DNA of 64,000 bases from Chrysomallon squamiferum (Eukaryota > Animalia > Mollusca). The notes beneath the pieces were generated by a model, which did no database searches, had not been told where the DNA came from, and saw only the letters and a list, made by a program, of their open reading frames with translations. The stretch is from assembly GCA_012295275.1 (NCBI GenBank), contig CM022678.1:14198001-14262000 (forward strand), written 5' to 3'. Shown here piece after piece: positions 13,310 to 28,700 of the stretch (within the stretch, counting starts at the first letter, position 1; every line of letters begins with the position of its first letter). The translations under genes were made by a program, and so were the position numbers.

Positions 13310-15365
13310 TACTAAAACTGCTACTATCACTGCAACTACAAACACTACTATAAACTACCACTTCTACTATCACTGCATCTACATCTACTACTACAAACTA
13401 CTGTAAACTACCACTTCTATCACTGCAACTACATCTACTACTACTAACACTACTGTAAACTACCACTTCTACTATCACTGCAACTACATCTATTACTACT
13501 AACACTAGTGTAAACTACCACTTCTACTATCACTGCAACTACATCTATTACTACTAACACTACTGTAAACTACCACTTCTACTATCACTGCAACTACATA
13601 TATTACTACTAACACTACTGTAAACTACCACTTCTACTATCACTGCAACTACATCTATTACTACTAACACTACTGTAAACTACCATAGCTACTATCACTG
13701 CTACTATCACTGCAACTACATCTACTACTACAAACACTACTGTAAACTACCATAGCTACTATCACTGCAACTACATCTATTACTACAAACACTACTGTAA
13801 ACTACCATAGCTACTATCACTGCAACTACATCTATTACTACTAACACTACTGTAAACTACCATAGCTACTATCACTGCAACTACATCTATTACTACTAAC
13901 ACTACTGTAAACTACCACTTCTACTATCACTGCAACTACATCTACTACTACAAACACTACCGTAAACTACCATAGCTACTATCACTGCTACTATCACTGC
14001 AACTACATCTATTACTACAAACACTACTGTAAACTACCATAGCTACTATCACTGCAACTACATCTATTACTACTAACACTACTGTAAACTACCATAGCTA
14101 CTATCACTGCAACTACATCTATTACTACTAACACTACTGTAAACTACCACTTCTACTATCACTGCAACTACATCTACTACTACAAACACTACTGTAAACT
14201 ACCATAGCTACTATCACTGCTACTATCACTGCAACTACATCTACTACTACAAACACTACTGTAAACTACCATAGCTACTATCACTGCAACTACATCTATT
14301 ACTACAAACACTACTGTAAACTACCATAGCTGCTATCACTGCAACTACATCTACTACTACAAACACTACTGTAAACTACCATAGCTACTATCACTGCAAC
14401 TACATCTATTACTACTAACACTACTGTAAACTACCATAGCTACTATCACTGCAACTACATCTATTACTACTAACACTACTGTAAACTACCACTTCTACTA
14501 TCACTGCAACTACATCTACTACTACAAACACTACTGTAAACTACCATAGCTACTATCACTGCTACTATCACTGCAACTACATCTACTACTACAAACACTA
14601 CTGTAAACTACCATAGCTACTATCACTGCAACTACATCTATTACTACAAACACTACTGTAAACTACCATAGCTGCTATCACTGCAACTACATCTACTACT
14701 ACAAACACTACTGTAAACTACCATAGCTACTATCACTGCAACTACATCTATTACTACTAACACTACTGTAAACTACCATAGCTACTATCACTGCAACTAC
14801 ATCTATTACTACTAACACTACTGTAAACTACCATAGCTACTATCACTGCAACTACATCTATTACTACTAACACTACTGTAAACTACCATAGCTACTATCA
14901 CTGCAACTACATCTATTACTACTAACACTACTGTAAACTACCATAGCTACTATCACTGCAACTACATCTATTACTACAAACACTACTGTAAACTACCACT
15001 TCTACTATCACTGCAACTACATCTACTACTACAAACACTACTGTAAACTACCATAGCTACTATCACTGCTACTATCACTGCAACTACATCTACTACTACA
15101 AACACTACTGTAAACTACCATAGCTACTATCACTGCAACTACATCTATTACTACAAACACTACTGTAAACTACCATAGCTACTATCACTGCAACTACATC
15201 TATTACTACTAACACTACTGTAAACTACCATAGCTACTATCACTGCAACTACATCTATTACTACTAACACTACTGTAAACTACCATAGCTACTATCACTG
15301 CAACTACATCTATTACTACTAACACTACTGTAAACTACCATAGCTACTATCACTGCTACTATCCC
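13310..15365. repeat. ~2 kb minisatellite with 54/55 bp units and a 66-bp variant
   Basis: Unit actacatctattactactaacactactgtaaactaccatagctactatcactgca repeated head to tail. Variants include actacaaac, cacttct versus catagct, and an extra 12-bp ctactatcactg. Confidence 0.97.
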
Positions 15366-15868
15366 TACTATTACTGAAACTTGAACTATCACTACAAATA
15401 CTCTACTACTATTTTGATGACTATGCTCTATTTTGATGACTATGCTACTTTAATTGCAAAAGGGGCTACGTCCATGACTCATAGTGGTTAATGGTTAACC
15501 ACTGCTTCATGATAACACACGTAATTAATTGTAAAATATCTGACGTCTAAGGGTTGACTAATAGACCTTAAGATTTAAGGCCCAGTAACGATTTTGCTAT
15601 TTTAATCCTAATCTGAAATGCGGTGGCTAAAACATGGTGATATGTCACGGAACAATCATTGAAGAAGATAACAGTGGTTATACAGACTTCGATGCTTTTT
15701 GCGATGGGTTCCCCCCACCGATGACATTTCAAGCCAAAATAGGTTGCCACTGCTGGTATTCAGTATTTTAACTGATTGTGCAAAAACTCTTGTAAACGTA
15801 CTTTTTATTTATTTATTTAATTTAATTACTTTATTTAGTTAGTTTTATTTAGTTAGTTTTATTTATTT

Positions 15869-15934
<66 letters not shown>

Positions 15935-16389
15935 TTTTCTATAAAAGCGATATGTTATGATCTGTAAACCTTTTTATAAATAAACTTCATATATATGTAT
16001 ATAAACAACATTCACTAAATTTTGAAAATATTAGTATGTACTCATCCACTTTGTAATTAAATAAGATCTAAGAGTACATAATTTAGATTAATAATTCAAA
16101 ATGCTACCGTTTAGCGACGTCTCTGTATTAAACGTAACTGAATTTAGTCCATTGTATGACGTCGTATTACTGTGGTAACATGTTGAATAATCAAATCGAC
16201 AGTGTCGTTTTATTTATAAAGCAATATAATTAAATATTTGCTTTGGTATGTATTAATGAATAAAAATAAATTGTATAAAAAAATTAAGGAAAGGATAAAT
16301 AACAAAAGTGAAATTGAAATCACTATGGATAAACAATGTCAGTGAAATTTGGAACTTATAATGTATAAACCTTATGCCATAATTAAATC

Positions 16390-16453
<64 letters not shown>

Positions 16454-17466
16454 CATTTCATCGTCTCCTCCTTCTCATCATCATCATTTTTTTTTTTTTT
16501 TTAGTTCTTGTGATGGTGATGATGTTTTTATTTTCCTGGCTGATGTTTATACTTTTGCCGTATTTCTATTATTGTTGTTGTAGTCGTTATCGTTGTCGTT
16601 GTTGTTATTTTTTGTCGAGGTTATTTCAAAATTAATGGGTAAGATGACAACAAAGTATAAATATAATGAAAACAAACAATAAAATACTAAAGTATTCATT
16701 GTTGCGTGATAAATGTTTTATTAAGAATTTATTTTAAATCAGTTTTAATAACATATTTGATTTAGAAATATCAGTATTGACAATAACAAAACTATCACAG
16801 AATTATCAATACCAGTTCTAGATTCAAACGTGTATAGACATCTGCTCTTTTTATATTACATACAAACACTTTAATGTGTCTTTTAACATTTTAAAATATT
16901 TTGATGTTTCAACCTAATAAATAGAAACAATGTGTGTATTCACTAACACTGAAAATACGTAACTATAAATCAACAAATTCACAAAATCTGAAATTTTTGT
17001 ACATTATTAAAAAAAACTATTTTTATTACACTAATTATTTAATATATATATATATATAAATTGAAAAAAAAATATTTAAGAAAAAGACTAAATAAATTTA
17101 AAAATTATAGTAAATATGTAAATAAATAAAATGTAAATAAATTCTCACAATATTCCATATCACAAAAGTTGCAAACAAATGCAAAATGAGATATTTCAAA
17201 TAGAAGAACAAGAAGACTAATAAACATAGAAAATGTTACATACAACGTGTTCACCTTATAAGGAATAAAAAGGAATTTATTTTATATACCTGTTGTGTCA
17301 CATACAGAATAACTATTACTCATGGGGGCTTTCAGAATGGTTACGTAAGTGAATTTTTATATATGCGTGTGTGTGCGTGTGTGTGCATGTGTGTGTATAT
17401 GTGTGACATAAGTTATGTGTGTGTAATTTATATATAATTTGTTATGGAAAAAAGAAAAGAACAAAC

Positions 17467-17508
<42 letters not shown>

Positions 17509-17886
17509 CTGTGAGCTATTCTTGTAAACTAACAGCAAAATACTTATAAATGTACTTTTTAATTAGCAGAATAGTTTTCCTATCTTGGTTTCTTCTTATA
17601 AAAGAAAAGGAAGAAGATAATATTTACAAAGATTACGTCCTGTTTTCAGAGATCTTAGACTGGTCCTGCTTTTGTATGTATGTATGTATATATATATATA
17701 TATCTATAGCAGTAGTTTGTCGTCAGTTTTGAGAGACAGTTCGTCCACAATATAACATGTTGAGTGAGCAATAACAATAAGAAAACGTTTTTTTACGTTT
17801 TAGAGATCGTGATATGTTGTGTGTTTCTAAACTCGCCTAATATGTCTGACAGAAATCAATAATTGAACAATAAGCAAAATTTAAAC

Positions 17887-17949
<63 letters not shown>

Positions 17950-18242
17950 CAACAATAATAATAATAAATGAAGATTTGAATTTTGATAATAAACTGTCAA
18001 ACTGAATTCATTAATAATATGGATGTCTAATGGATTTGCATATATAAATTTTTCTTTTGTTGTTGTTGTCATTATTATTAATTGGCTAACACAAAATATT
18101 TATCTAATAAATAATATATAAAACACTTTCACTGATTTTTCTCTTGTTTTTTTCTTGCTTTTACTACAATTGCGTGCATTGCTTTAATTTTGCTATAAAA
18201 ATAATTATTACAAGGGGGGATAAAAATAAATAAAAATAAAAA

Positions 18243-18273
<31 letters not shown>

Positions 18274-18346
18274 TAATAATAATATAAATCGACAAAGTCT
18301 TTTCCTACATCACGTTACTAATTTATTTGAAATTGTGTCACTATTT

Positions 18347-20846
18347 TCAGTAACATACAAATCCAGCGTCCATTTTTCTTCGCTTGTAGCCACTAAAATA
18401 CTGGTATTCTAAGTTCTGCATGATTTGCCCTGGTTCCGTGTTGAGTCGGCTGCCGTAGTTTCCAGAGTTTGTGTTAGGAACATTGTCTGAAAACATCACA
18501 GATCTTTCTGGCAATTCCTCCTTTTCCTTGTGTTCGCCCTTCAAAATATAACACGTGACTGTGTTAACTTTTAACAGCCTAACTCCAGTAACAACACAAA
18601 AAACAAATAAAAACTTGTAACAGTCACTTTTCTTTTTTATACACAAGAAAAAAGCAGTGTCAATGTATTGTTAATAACAAGAGAAAGATTACTGTTGTAA
18701 CATTTAACTTAGTATCAAACAGGTTACCGTATTTGTTTATAATTGGGACGGCAACCTTTTGGAGAGAGTGGGCCAGACAGCTATGCAATGTTTTGAAGGA
18801 AGGCCAATATATCAAGTATATTATACACACACACACACACATACCACACACACACACACACACACTATCTCTCTTTCAATTCTGTCTTCAAGATTAAGCA
18901 TCAAAAAGGGATGCTAGGAAGCAAGGCTGCTTTGGTCTGGAGGTTTAACGAAGTTAATGAAATAATTGGTGTTCAAGCATTCAGAAGGCGGGCCAGTGGT
19001 GGCCGACCCCTGATTTATAACTCTAATAACAGCTAGCTGCATTTGTATTCGTCCTGCAAATAACGTTTATTTATTATCAATACAAATACTGTTAGTTCAC
19101 TCCTTCACAATATAACGTAACTAAGTGAAACACTGGTAACAGTGTTAATGTGTAATACTTGTACTGTCCGATCAGTATACTAATAAACGTCGTTTCAAAA
19201 TGAGTTGTATATTTATTTTTATGAATTACAGATATTTTAAGGCAATGTAACAATGAAAAATAAATTAGTCAATCAGTCAATAAAATTAATGATATCGCAA
19301 ATCACTACACTGCTACTAAGTCCACGTCAGGGCTAATATCAGCTTGTTCTATCCATAATCTAACCATTTCTAAAGATTGTTGAATTAATATCACTGCGGA
19401 TTTAGAAAAATAATTTTAAAAAATAATTATTTTGAAAACATGCATGAATGTATAGTAAAATTTTTAGAATAAAAAGCAACTCTTCTATGAAAAAGAAATG
19501 GGTTACAAAATTGAACTCTAATTAAAAATGTTTGTTGCTCATTAAGCATAAAGATTTCACAGTTAATTTACATTTCTCTATAGTATTATTAAGCTCGCTT
19601 GTTCACTAGTCTACTGACATCTTCACTCGTATATTGATTGACCAGTTGCCGAACCGTTCTATTTATTAATATTTATTAAAACTTCTAATCTGCTGCAAAC
19701 ATAATCAACTGGCTCTTAATCCACAGTGTGTAGATTTCATGGAATTACAGACTGTCTGATTTTATACACTATCCTTAATGTACACAGGTACAAATAAAAT
19801 ATTAATTTTGATATTGGCCGGTTAAAAAACGATTGTTTTAAAACGTCAAAAGTTTATTCTGGACAAAATCTGTGAACAGCAAAGCTAAATACATTACAGA
19901 TACAGACAGTGTATCTAGGAAGAATGACTTAAACAAGACAGTGTATCTAGGAAGAATGACTTAAACAAGACAGTGTATCTAGGAAGAATGACTTAAACAA
20001 GACAGTGTATCGAGGAAGAATGACTTAAACAAGACAGTGTATCGAGGAAGAATGACTTAAACAAGACAGTGTATCTAGGAAGAATGACTTAAACAAGACA
20101 GTGTATCGAGGAAGAATGACTTAAACAAGACAGTGTATCGAGGAAGAATGACTTAAACAAGACAGTGTATCTAGGAAGAATGACTTACATAAGACAGTGT
20201 ATCTAGGAAGAATGACTTAAACAAGACAGTGTATCTAGGAAGAATGACTTAAACAAGACAGTGTATCGAGGAAGAATGACTTAAACAAGACAGTGTATCG
20301 AGGAAGAATGACTTAAACAAGACAGTGTATCGAGGAAGAATGACTTAAACAAGACAGTGTATCTAGGAAGAATGACTTACATAAGACAGTGTATCTAGGA
20401 AGAATGACTTAAACAAGACAGTGTATCTAGGAAGAATGACTTACATAAGACAGTGTATCGAGGAAGAATGACTTAAACAAGACAGTGTATCGAGGAAGAA
20501 TGACTTAAACAAGACAGTGTAACTAGGAAGAATGACTTAAACAAGACAGTGTATCTAGGAAGAATGACTTAAACAAGACAGTGTATCTAGGAAGAATGAC
20601 TTAAACAAGACAGTGTATCTAGGAAGAATGACTTACATAAGACAGTGTATCTAGGAAGAATGACTTGAACAAGACAGTGTATCGAGGAAGAATGACTTAA
20701 ACAAGACAGTGTATCTAGGAAGAATGACTTAAACAAGACAGTGTAACGAGGAAGAATGACTTACGATCAGCTACTGTTCAACGAACTAGAATAAACTGAA
20801 GCAGTTATAAGAAATTTCACTCTTAACAAAAGAAAAATGTTAATAA

Positions 20847-20897
<51 letters not shown>

Positions 20898-22270
20898 ATT
20901 AATAAAGAAAGAAAGAAAGAAAGCAAGAAAATAAATAAAAAATAAATTTAAAAGCCCCAGAAAAAATACCTCTAAAATTATATTTCTTTACAAGGTAATA
21001 TCTGTAGTGTTTATTATCTATTGCTGTAAGCGAATATTATATTATATTATTTATTTATTTATTCATGCTGTGACATGTTTTTGTGACGTGCCTGAAACAG
21101 TTTCCGATGACTACATAACATTTTTAACTTAATCGTGCGTTTAATACTTTAAAGCAATCTCAGCACAACATTCGGCAGTAGGATTTTTAATGTGTGGAAT
21201 ATTTATTAATTTTATTTATTTATTCTTTTTAAAAAAAATATGTATATGATAAAAATAACAGAAAATAAATTTGATAATACTTTGAATTTTTTATAATTAG
21301 ATGTTTTATTATTTCTCTCTCTTTCTGTCTGTCTGTCTTTCATTTTGGTAAAACATAGATAAACTTACCTTTGCGTCAAACTGTGCAAGAAATCCCCAGT
21401 GTTCATCCCTGTAACAAATAAATTGTAACAGATTAGCATCCTACAAGTACGTTCTAAAATTTAACTCTAGTTCTAAGAAATTAATTATTATTATTTTATT
21501 ATTATTATTTATATATTAATCCAATGTCAATTTAAAGTCTCCTAATAATTTATTCAAGCACTTTTCTTTTTCCTATGTTCTGTACTTCATATAGTTGATA
21601 TCTAAGGAGTGTCCAGGAAGAGTTATTCTGTGGAATGTTGTCAGTAACTGATATCTTAGAAAATAAAGTATCTACTGGCTATTGTGAAACTCTAATTTGA
21701 AAACATCATCGTAAGTCTGGTTAATTTTCTAATACACTCTTGTTACAAGAAGATCATGAAAATGAATGTTGAGATTATGGTCACATCGCTTGCTTGGAAC
21801 GTAAAGCTCCTGTTTCGATCCAGCAGGTGTATTACTACCCCATAACTAATCTACCATAGGCCATGTATGTATATATATAAAAAAAGTGTATATAATTTAC
21901 TATATATAAATAAAGAGGTATGTTTAACAGAAAGGGTTGTTGTTGTTGTTTTTAAAGCAAATATTCGTTAGCAGCTGTTGAATTCAAAATTAAATTATTG
22001 ACAGTGTTTTATACTGGGCGGTCGTTCAAAGAAAATCACTTACCAGTTTTTCTGACATCGTTTCTCTGCTGCGACATTTTCTTTCCAAACAGCATCCTGC
22101 GATACGGCGTTACAGCTGCGATAGTCCCCTTCAGTGTAGCTGCGACTGGGCTGGGCGTTGCCGGGAATCTGTGTTTTGTCTTTGGGAATACAGCTTTCAT
22201 GGTAAGCACTGCGTGGACGAAGAGGAAAACGATAACCAGCTGACGTAACGCGCGATGTTGCTGCCGCCAT
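18347..22270 (-). CDS. C2orf50: C2orf50/CIMIP5-like ciliary microtubule inner protein, 3 exons, 152 aa
   Basis: Exons 22270-22044, 21408-21369 and 18538-18347 join in phase 2 then phase 0. The product ...AVSQDAVWKENVAAEKRCQKNW-DEHWGFLAQFDAK-GEHKEKEELPERSVMFSDNVPNTNSGNYGSRLNTEPGQ... matches the C2orf50 family pattern (QD.lW.E...AE.R....W...W.FL..yD..G; FSD.VP..tN...GSRL.T..GQ). Confidence 0.85.
18743..19012. mobile_element. Degenerate hAT-family MITE in C2orf50 intron 2
   Basis: Left end ttgggacggcaacc and right end ggtggccgacccctg resemble the cagggGTCGGCAACC-type hAT terminus. The flanking 8-mers gtttataa and atttataa match at 7 of 8 positions, like a target-site duplication. Confidence 0.5.
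19904..20763. repeat. 32-bp minisatellite, ~27 copies, in C2orf50 intron 2
   Basis: Unit agacagtgtatctaggaagaatgacttaaaca, with a 31-bp variant (tatcgagg). There are no spacers. Confidence 0.97.
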
Positions 22271-23257
22271 TACAGCGACAACAAATAAATAAGTAAATTT
22301 AAAATTGTTTCTTTAAATATATATTTAAAATATTTTAAAGATCTGTTACGTTAACAATGTTATTACAAACAAGACGATATCTGTATGAAAGTTTAAACGT
22401 GGTTGTTAAGCTTGTAGATAACATCTGCAAACTATCACACAGAAAATGCAGCTGTTAAATTATATGTTCAAATGAACAATGTTCTGGGATCTGTTCGATA
22501 AATCTGGTAATCAAATCTACTTCCACACTAAATAATAAAGATTTATAGCCCGTAAAAAGTCATTCCCATTACACCCCTTATTTAGTTCTCTATTCAGAGT
22601 TTCAGCAATACCAAACAAAAACTATCGTAAACGTAATACAAAGCCAGAGGACGGAAGAAACAGACACCTGAAGAAAGCCGATCAACTTTCACGTCATAGT
22701 TGACCCGTTGTCATTGGTTACGTCTCTACCTGTCAATAGAGATTAAATGTCTCCGGGACAGAAAGAGATAGCGGCCGATAACATATTGATCAGCATTAGT
22801 CATATCAGACAGAAAACCATTACACGGTGTAGCTTCTAATAAATAAACATAGAGCTACATATGTAAACACACATACACACACACACAGATACATACACAC
22901 ACTACATACCAGAAAAACACATATACACACCAGAATATATATATGTACATACACACTGACACACCCAAACATGTCTGTTATACAGAAGGGTTCTGACGCG
23001 CACTGAGTTATAAGGTGCTAAGAGCAAATAATATTCAGGTACTACCGAACACTAATAACTTGAACAGTCTCTAAAAATCATCCTTTCACTGGTCTCTCAA
23101 CACGTTGTTTCAAGTAGCAGACCCTTGAAAATGTCACTCAGCAAGTAATAAAACTAAAACTGTATCTTTGAAGGTGATCAGTAGATTAAAATTTTCTTCT
23201 CGCTGCACCGTTTTATTGTTTTTCAATAATTATAGTGCCATTTCTTTCATAAAATTG

Positions 23258-23296
<39 letters not shown>

Positions 23297-24025
23297 CAGA
23301 TAGTGAACTGATTGCAAATAAGAAAAGGAGACTAATATACAGGTGAGCAGTGAAAAGCCAAAATCAAATAAAACTATCAAGAATACGAATTATACATGCT
23401 GAATAATGGTATTATTACGAGCATCATTACTACTACTAGTAGTACTAGTACAAGTACTACTATTACTACTACTACTACTATTATTAATAATAATAATTAT
23501 GTCCATAATCATAATCATAATCGTCATAAAAAGAGAATGTTAAAAAAATCATCATCTAGCTTTTTGTCAAATTTGCTTTATAACATAAATGTGATGAATT
23601 TTTTAATTAATACAATTACTGAAGACTATATAGCTGACCTATACAATCTAATTTACAGGAATATTTCACATATAAAACTAACATAGATATTATAACTATT
23701 CATGACCCCAGCTCTGCACGGATCAATAGCGTGTGTGTTTATATAATCAACAAGTTAACAGGTAAAAGTATCATTTCAAAATCCTCTCACCTCTTACTTG
23801 TGTAAGAAAACATTACCCCGCTGACTTCACGTCGCTCCATTTTGTAAACAAACGTTATGCAGCGTCCATACAAAAAGTCACTCTCTAATGTATCCGAGTC
23901 GACTGTAACGAGGGAGATGTCAGAATCAACGTCCCGCGGTTTTCAATGTATAAACAGTCACCACCAAACAGAGACATGTTACAGCGCGTCTGTCAGTCAG
24001 CAGTTACCTCCCTTACAGGTTACAT

Positions 24026-24104
<79 letters not shown>

Positions 24105-24652
24105 CGCTCTCTCTCGCTCTCGCTCTCTCGCTCTGAGAGAGACATGTGTATGTACATGTATGTATGTAGACATTTATATGGGTAAAATAATGAACGATCC
24201 AAAGTGCCAGAATTGATGCGAGGAGTGAATGCATTCTGAGAAGTAAATGTGAAATGTTTCTTTGCTCAAAATATATCAAATTTTAGTTAATGAAGTTGTG
24301 TCTATCAGAAAAGATCCACTGAAACATTAATAACACTGGTTACATTACAGGACAGTTGTACTGCACATTACGACATAGTTCACATCGTCTGATCTCGGCA
24401 GATACCATTATGGGCCTGTGGTGTTAGCTAGCTAGCAATCTTTCTATTATCTTTTTATTTCTCTTACCTTACCTTATATATCTTTCTACCTATTTTATTA
24501 TTATTATCATTATCATTTATGGGCTTCCTGTCTGTTATGCACATATATAATACATACATACATACATACACATATATATATACACATACTCACATATATG
24601 CCCATACATACACATTCATACATACATACATACATACATATGTGTGTTATGA

Positions 24653-24717
<65 letters not shown>

Positions 24718-25126
24718 CACACTCATGTAGATATATATATATACAATATTAAAAAATGCGCATACATTATGTATACTTATGCATACAAATGTATTTACAC
24801 AAATGCATACATATATATATATATATACGCACACAGAGATACACACAGACACACATTCAGTAATTATTATTTTTAGCGCTATTCCAATAACCTTTTAATT
24901 AATAAATTTATTTATTTAGTTTATTATGATTTCTATCCGTTTGTCTCTCTACATATGTATGAAAACGATAACTTTAATGCAGTCTACAATACTGTGAAAA
25001 AAATTCTAAATCATTTATCTCAAAAAAAAAAGAAAAAAAAAAAAGAATAAATAATAAAATAAATAAACGTTAATGAAACATAACTTCACTTTTAAATAAT
25101 AAAGTAAAATAATGTGTTAACCTTAC

Positions 25127-25674
25127 CCACCACTTCCACGTTTTACTTCCATCTCATGAATTCGAATCTTTCTGTAAAAATGTATTTCTTTATGTTTCCT
25201 TATACCAGTACAGGCTACGTTTTTACTGAAAGTCAAAAGTGTAATGGGCCATGCGCCTCATTTATATATATATTTATATGTTTTTAAAGTAGCAGATCGG
25301 AATAGGTGCATAGTAATTCGTCACAAAAGTTAATAATTTTATTTTATAAGTCACTAATATTATGCACAGATAGAAATCATCGACCTTGATGGTAATATCC
25401 AGTTTATAATTTGCATACTGCCTTACATAATTTAAAAAGGAAATAAATAAAATGAAATGAAAATATTAAATAAACTATTTAAAAGAAGACTACATAGGCT
25501 ATTATTTTTTCTTTGTCGTTCTGTTCAAAACTTTTAATGAAGAATTAAATATAAGAAAGAAAGAAAGAAATGATATTCAATAAATTATTTTAGATTCTTG
25601 TACAATATAAAAACAATAAATGTTTCCGAACTCCCGTACTGTACCTAATTACAGAAAAAGGAATTTCTAAAGTG

Positions 25675-25708
<34 letters not shown>

Positions 25709-28700
25709 ATAATAAAGAACAAAAGAAAAAGACAGAACACACAACCACAAGTATTGTCATATCTAACTATCTATCTGTATATCTAGCTATTTGTCTGTCT
25801 GTCTGTATATATATATGTTTAACTTACCTATGAAAATTCATAGTGATATTTTTAAAGGGTATGACAAATATACAGAAAAATAAAAATAAAAAGACAGTGT
25901 TTTTTATTTCTAATGTATCAAACAATACACTGGAGAAATCACATCTTAACTTTTCCATAGCTACAAATTAATTATTTATCCGGAAATTCAATTAAGAAGC
26001 GTAGCGGATAAACCAGACACGTGATTGTGTTGTTTTCTTCTGCTGTTATCGGCTGCTCGCACAGATCAATTGGCAGACGGAAATTATTCAAGTTTAAGAC
26101 GATGTCTGATTTACAGCGATCAATTCTGTATCAGATTTGCTCATTTCAAGTCGCACAACGTTTAGGCAAGTCAGGTAACGGTAAAACTATTTTATTTAAA
26201 GATGCACGGTTTTAATGCTCTACATTTATCTTTTATGAATATGTTTAACACCTGAGACACAGAACAGTTTTTCAGTCAGCAGTAACAAGGGATCAGCGGC
26301 AACATAGAGAAAAACCCGCACGTGTCCAGTTACACTGCAACAAGCGACTGCCCCCGAGTTACAGCCTGGTGTGTAACCCTGGTAACTAACAAGCACAAAT
26401 AACATGAAGACAACAGGGGCGATCAACACGGCATGTGAAGACTCCTTGCTTAAAAGAGAACAGAGGGCCGACATTTTCTTCTTACACTAATTTTCAATAT
26501 TGTCTTGACCTAATTTGCCCCAGTTTTCTAGAAATGGTTGTTGTTGGGTTCTTTTTTTTCAAAAATTCAATACAGTTCATTAATACTACACCATTACTAT
26601 TGCCATAGGTTTCACCTTGCCGATAGGGAATTCCGATACAATTACTCATACCTGAGACATTGTATCAAGCATTACTGATGACATTAATGTTAAAGAAATA
26701 AATAGAACTATTAAAATGAAATTAAAAGAATGAAAGCCGTGTGTGTGTGTGCGTGTGTGTGAAGTGATTATCTCGAAGATAATTATGAAATTGCCCTTTA
26801 CCTACAGTTTGTTTAATAGACTTCTCTGTTCATCTAAAAATTTATTTATTTATTTATTTTAAATAAAAATAACAGTTTGTTTTCTGAATTCTGGGGCTGA
26901 CTGTTAGTGTATATTTTAGTACTGGTTTCTTAAATATGTGATATAAATACAAATGGCTGGTGTATCTACATCAACAAAATATCTTATAACAGATTAAAAA
27001 AAATAAAAAATAAAAAAAATAAATAAATGAATTTTTCAGGTACCACACCACCTGTACGGATCTTCGTGTATAGAAAAAGTTAATCTGAGGAGGTCGCCTG
27101 AACACACGTTTCTGATATCAGCTTTTTAATGTCATGGCAAAAAGTCTCCTTATGTTTGTTGTTTTCTTCATAGAAATATTATCCATTATCATTTCATCGC
27201 CAGTATTTATTAGTGTAAAACCCAATCTATACATATCTTTAGATATTGTACAACAGGTGTGTTTATAGGTTTATTTGACTTGCAAAAAATTAAGGCCAAA
27301 TCAGCAGATTTATACGTTGCACAAAATGACATTCCTCTATTTTATAGAAAATTAAGGTCAAGTCAGCAGATTTATACGTTGCACAAAATGACATTCCTCT
27401 ATTTTATAGAAAATTAAGGCCAAATCAGCAGATTTATACGTTGCACAAAATGACATTCCTCTACTGGACTTCACTTAACACTGATTCAGTGTGGCAGTCA
27501 AAACGTCAACACTGGTCAGAACGGTTTGACTGAATGCTGTGCACATGTCACTTTTTTATTAATATTTTTTTTTTCATGAATAAAGAGGAACCCCAGCGCT
27601 CCCGTAATGTTTAGCAGAAAAGAATATCTTACGAGCATAATTGCCAGAGAAAATGTAGTAATGATTATAAATGAGACGTTGGCTAGAACAAGAAATAAAC
27701 TTAAGACTGATGATACAAACACTTCAATACTCCATTCGTATAGAACTGTATTTCCTTTAAAGTGTGTCTGCTTTAAATATACAAACAGTTAATAATGATA
27801 AATAATTAAAAAATAATAATAAAAAATAAAAATAAAAATAAATAAAATAAATAAATAAAGTTTAAAAAAAAAGTAGAAAGAAGAAATTATTATTTTACTT
27901 CTTTCTTGAGACCTGCCATAAATAATAACAAAATATGACAATAACAATTATGTTTCTTGCTATCAGGAATATTATTATTATATAAGGATCTTTAACTTTT
28001 TGGTGCTCATGAAAAAAGTATATCGAAATAGATTTTAATGTTACAATTTAGTGTGGGTTTTAATACGTTATTATGGGGCTAAGAATTGTTACTGAGTGGT
28101 GACAGTTATCATAAACTGTGGTAAAGTTACGGTTAAGATCTGTTAATTGAAAGACTGAGAAAAAAGTCACAGAACACAAAGCAACACAAAGTGAATCAAT
28201 CTCTCTGTAAATTTCTCATTCAGCACTAACAATTAGCAGTGAAGTTAAACCAGTATCCCATTCTAATAAGCATTTGAAATCAGCTAGAACTAAACGGTTT
28301 AAAACTATATTTATTACTGTGACTATATTTATGACTATGACACGAATATAAATTATGAAAATAATAATGATACCTATAAAAAGTAGTTTTGTAAAGGCAC
28401 ATGTTAGAAATCATGTTTATACCGAGGCTAATATGTAGTTTTGACTTATCATTAGATTTTTATTTATTATTATTCTTTTTATTATTATAGTTATTTTTTC
28501 TTTCCCAAATTAATATTAATTATTTTACAGTAAGTATAATTAGACAAGTTTTTCTCACAAAGACACAAGTGTGATCTTAACAAGAGGGACGAGCGTCAAT
28601 TGGACAGATGTTGACAGGTAATTAGGCCGTAGGTGCTGACGTCGCACGATTTAAAACTACTAAGTGCAGCTACTGCACTTACCTAGATTAATCCAGTCAC

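Noticed and set aside
13310-15365. Possible mucin-like Thr-rich coding repeat
   Set aside because: The common 55-bp unit is not a multiple of 3, stops recur, and no long ORF spans the array.
19334-19354. Partial resemblance to miR-216b/283 (taatatcagct)
   Set aside because: The match ends after 11 nt and there is no precursor hairpin.
19904-20763. 32-bp repeat array with CRISPR-like unit length
   Set aside because: The units are contiguous with no unique spacers, there are no cas genes, and it lies in a eukaryotic intron. It is a minisatellite.
23857-24876. ORF-track proteins with poly-ER, SL, CV or HT runs (also near 30.5, 39.8-40.2, 41.5, 43.0 and 60.7-61.9 kb)
   Set aside because: They are translations of (GA)n, (CA)n and (TAA)n microsatellites.
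28264-28285. Partial resemblance to miR-29 (catttgaaatcag)
   Set aside because: The seed AGCACC is absent and no hairpin partner is evident.
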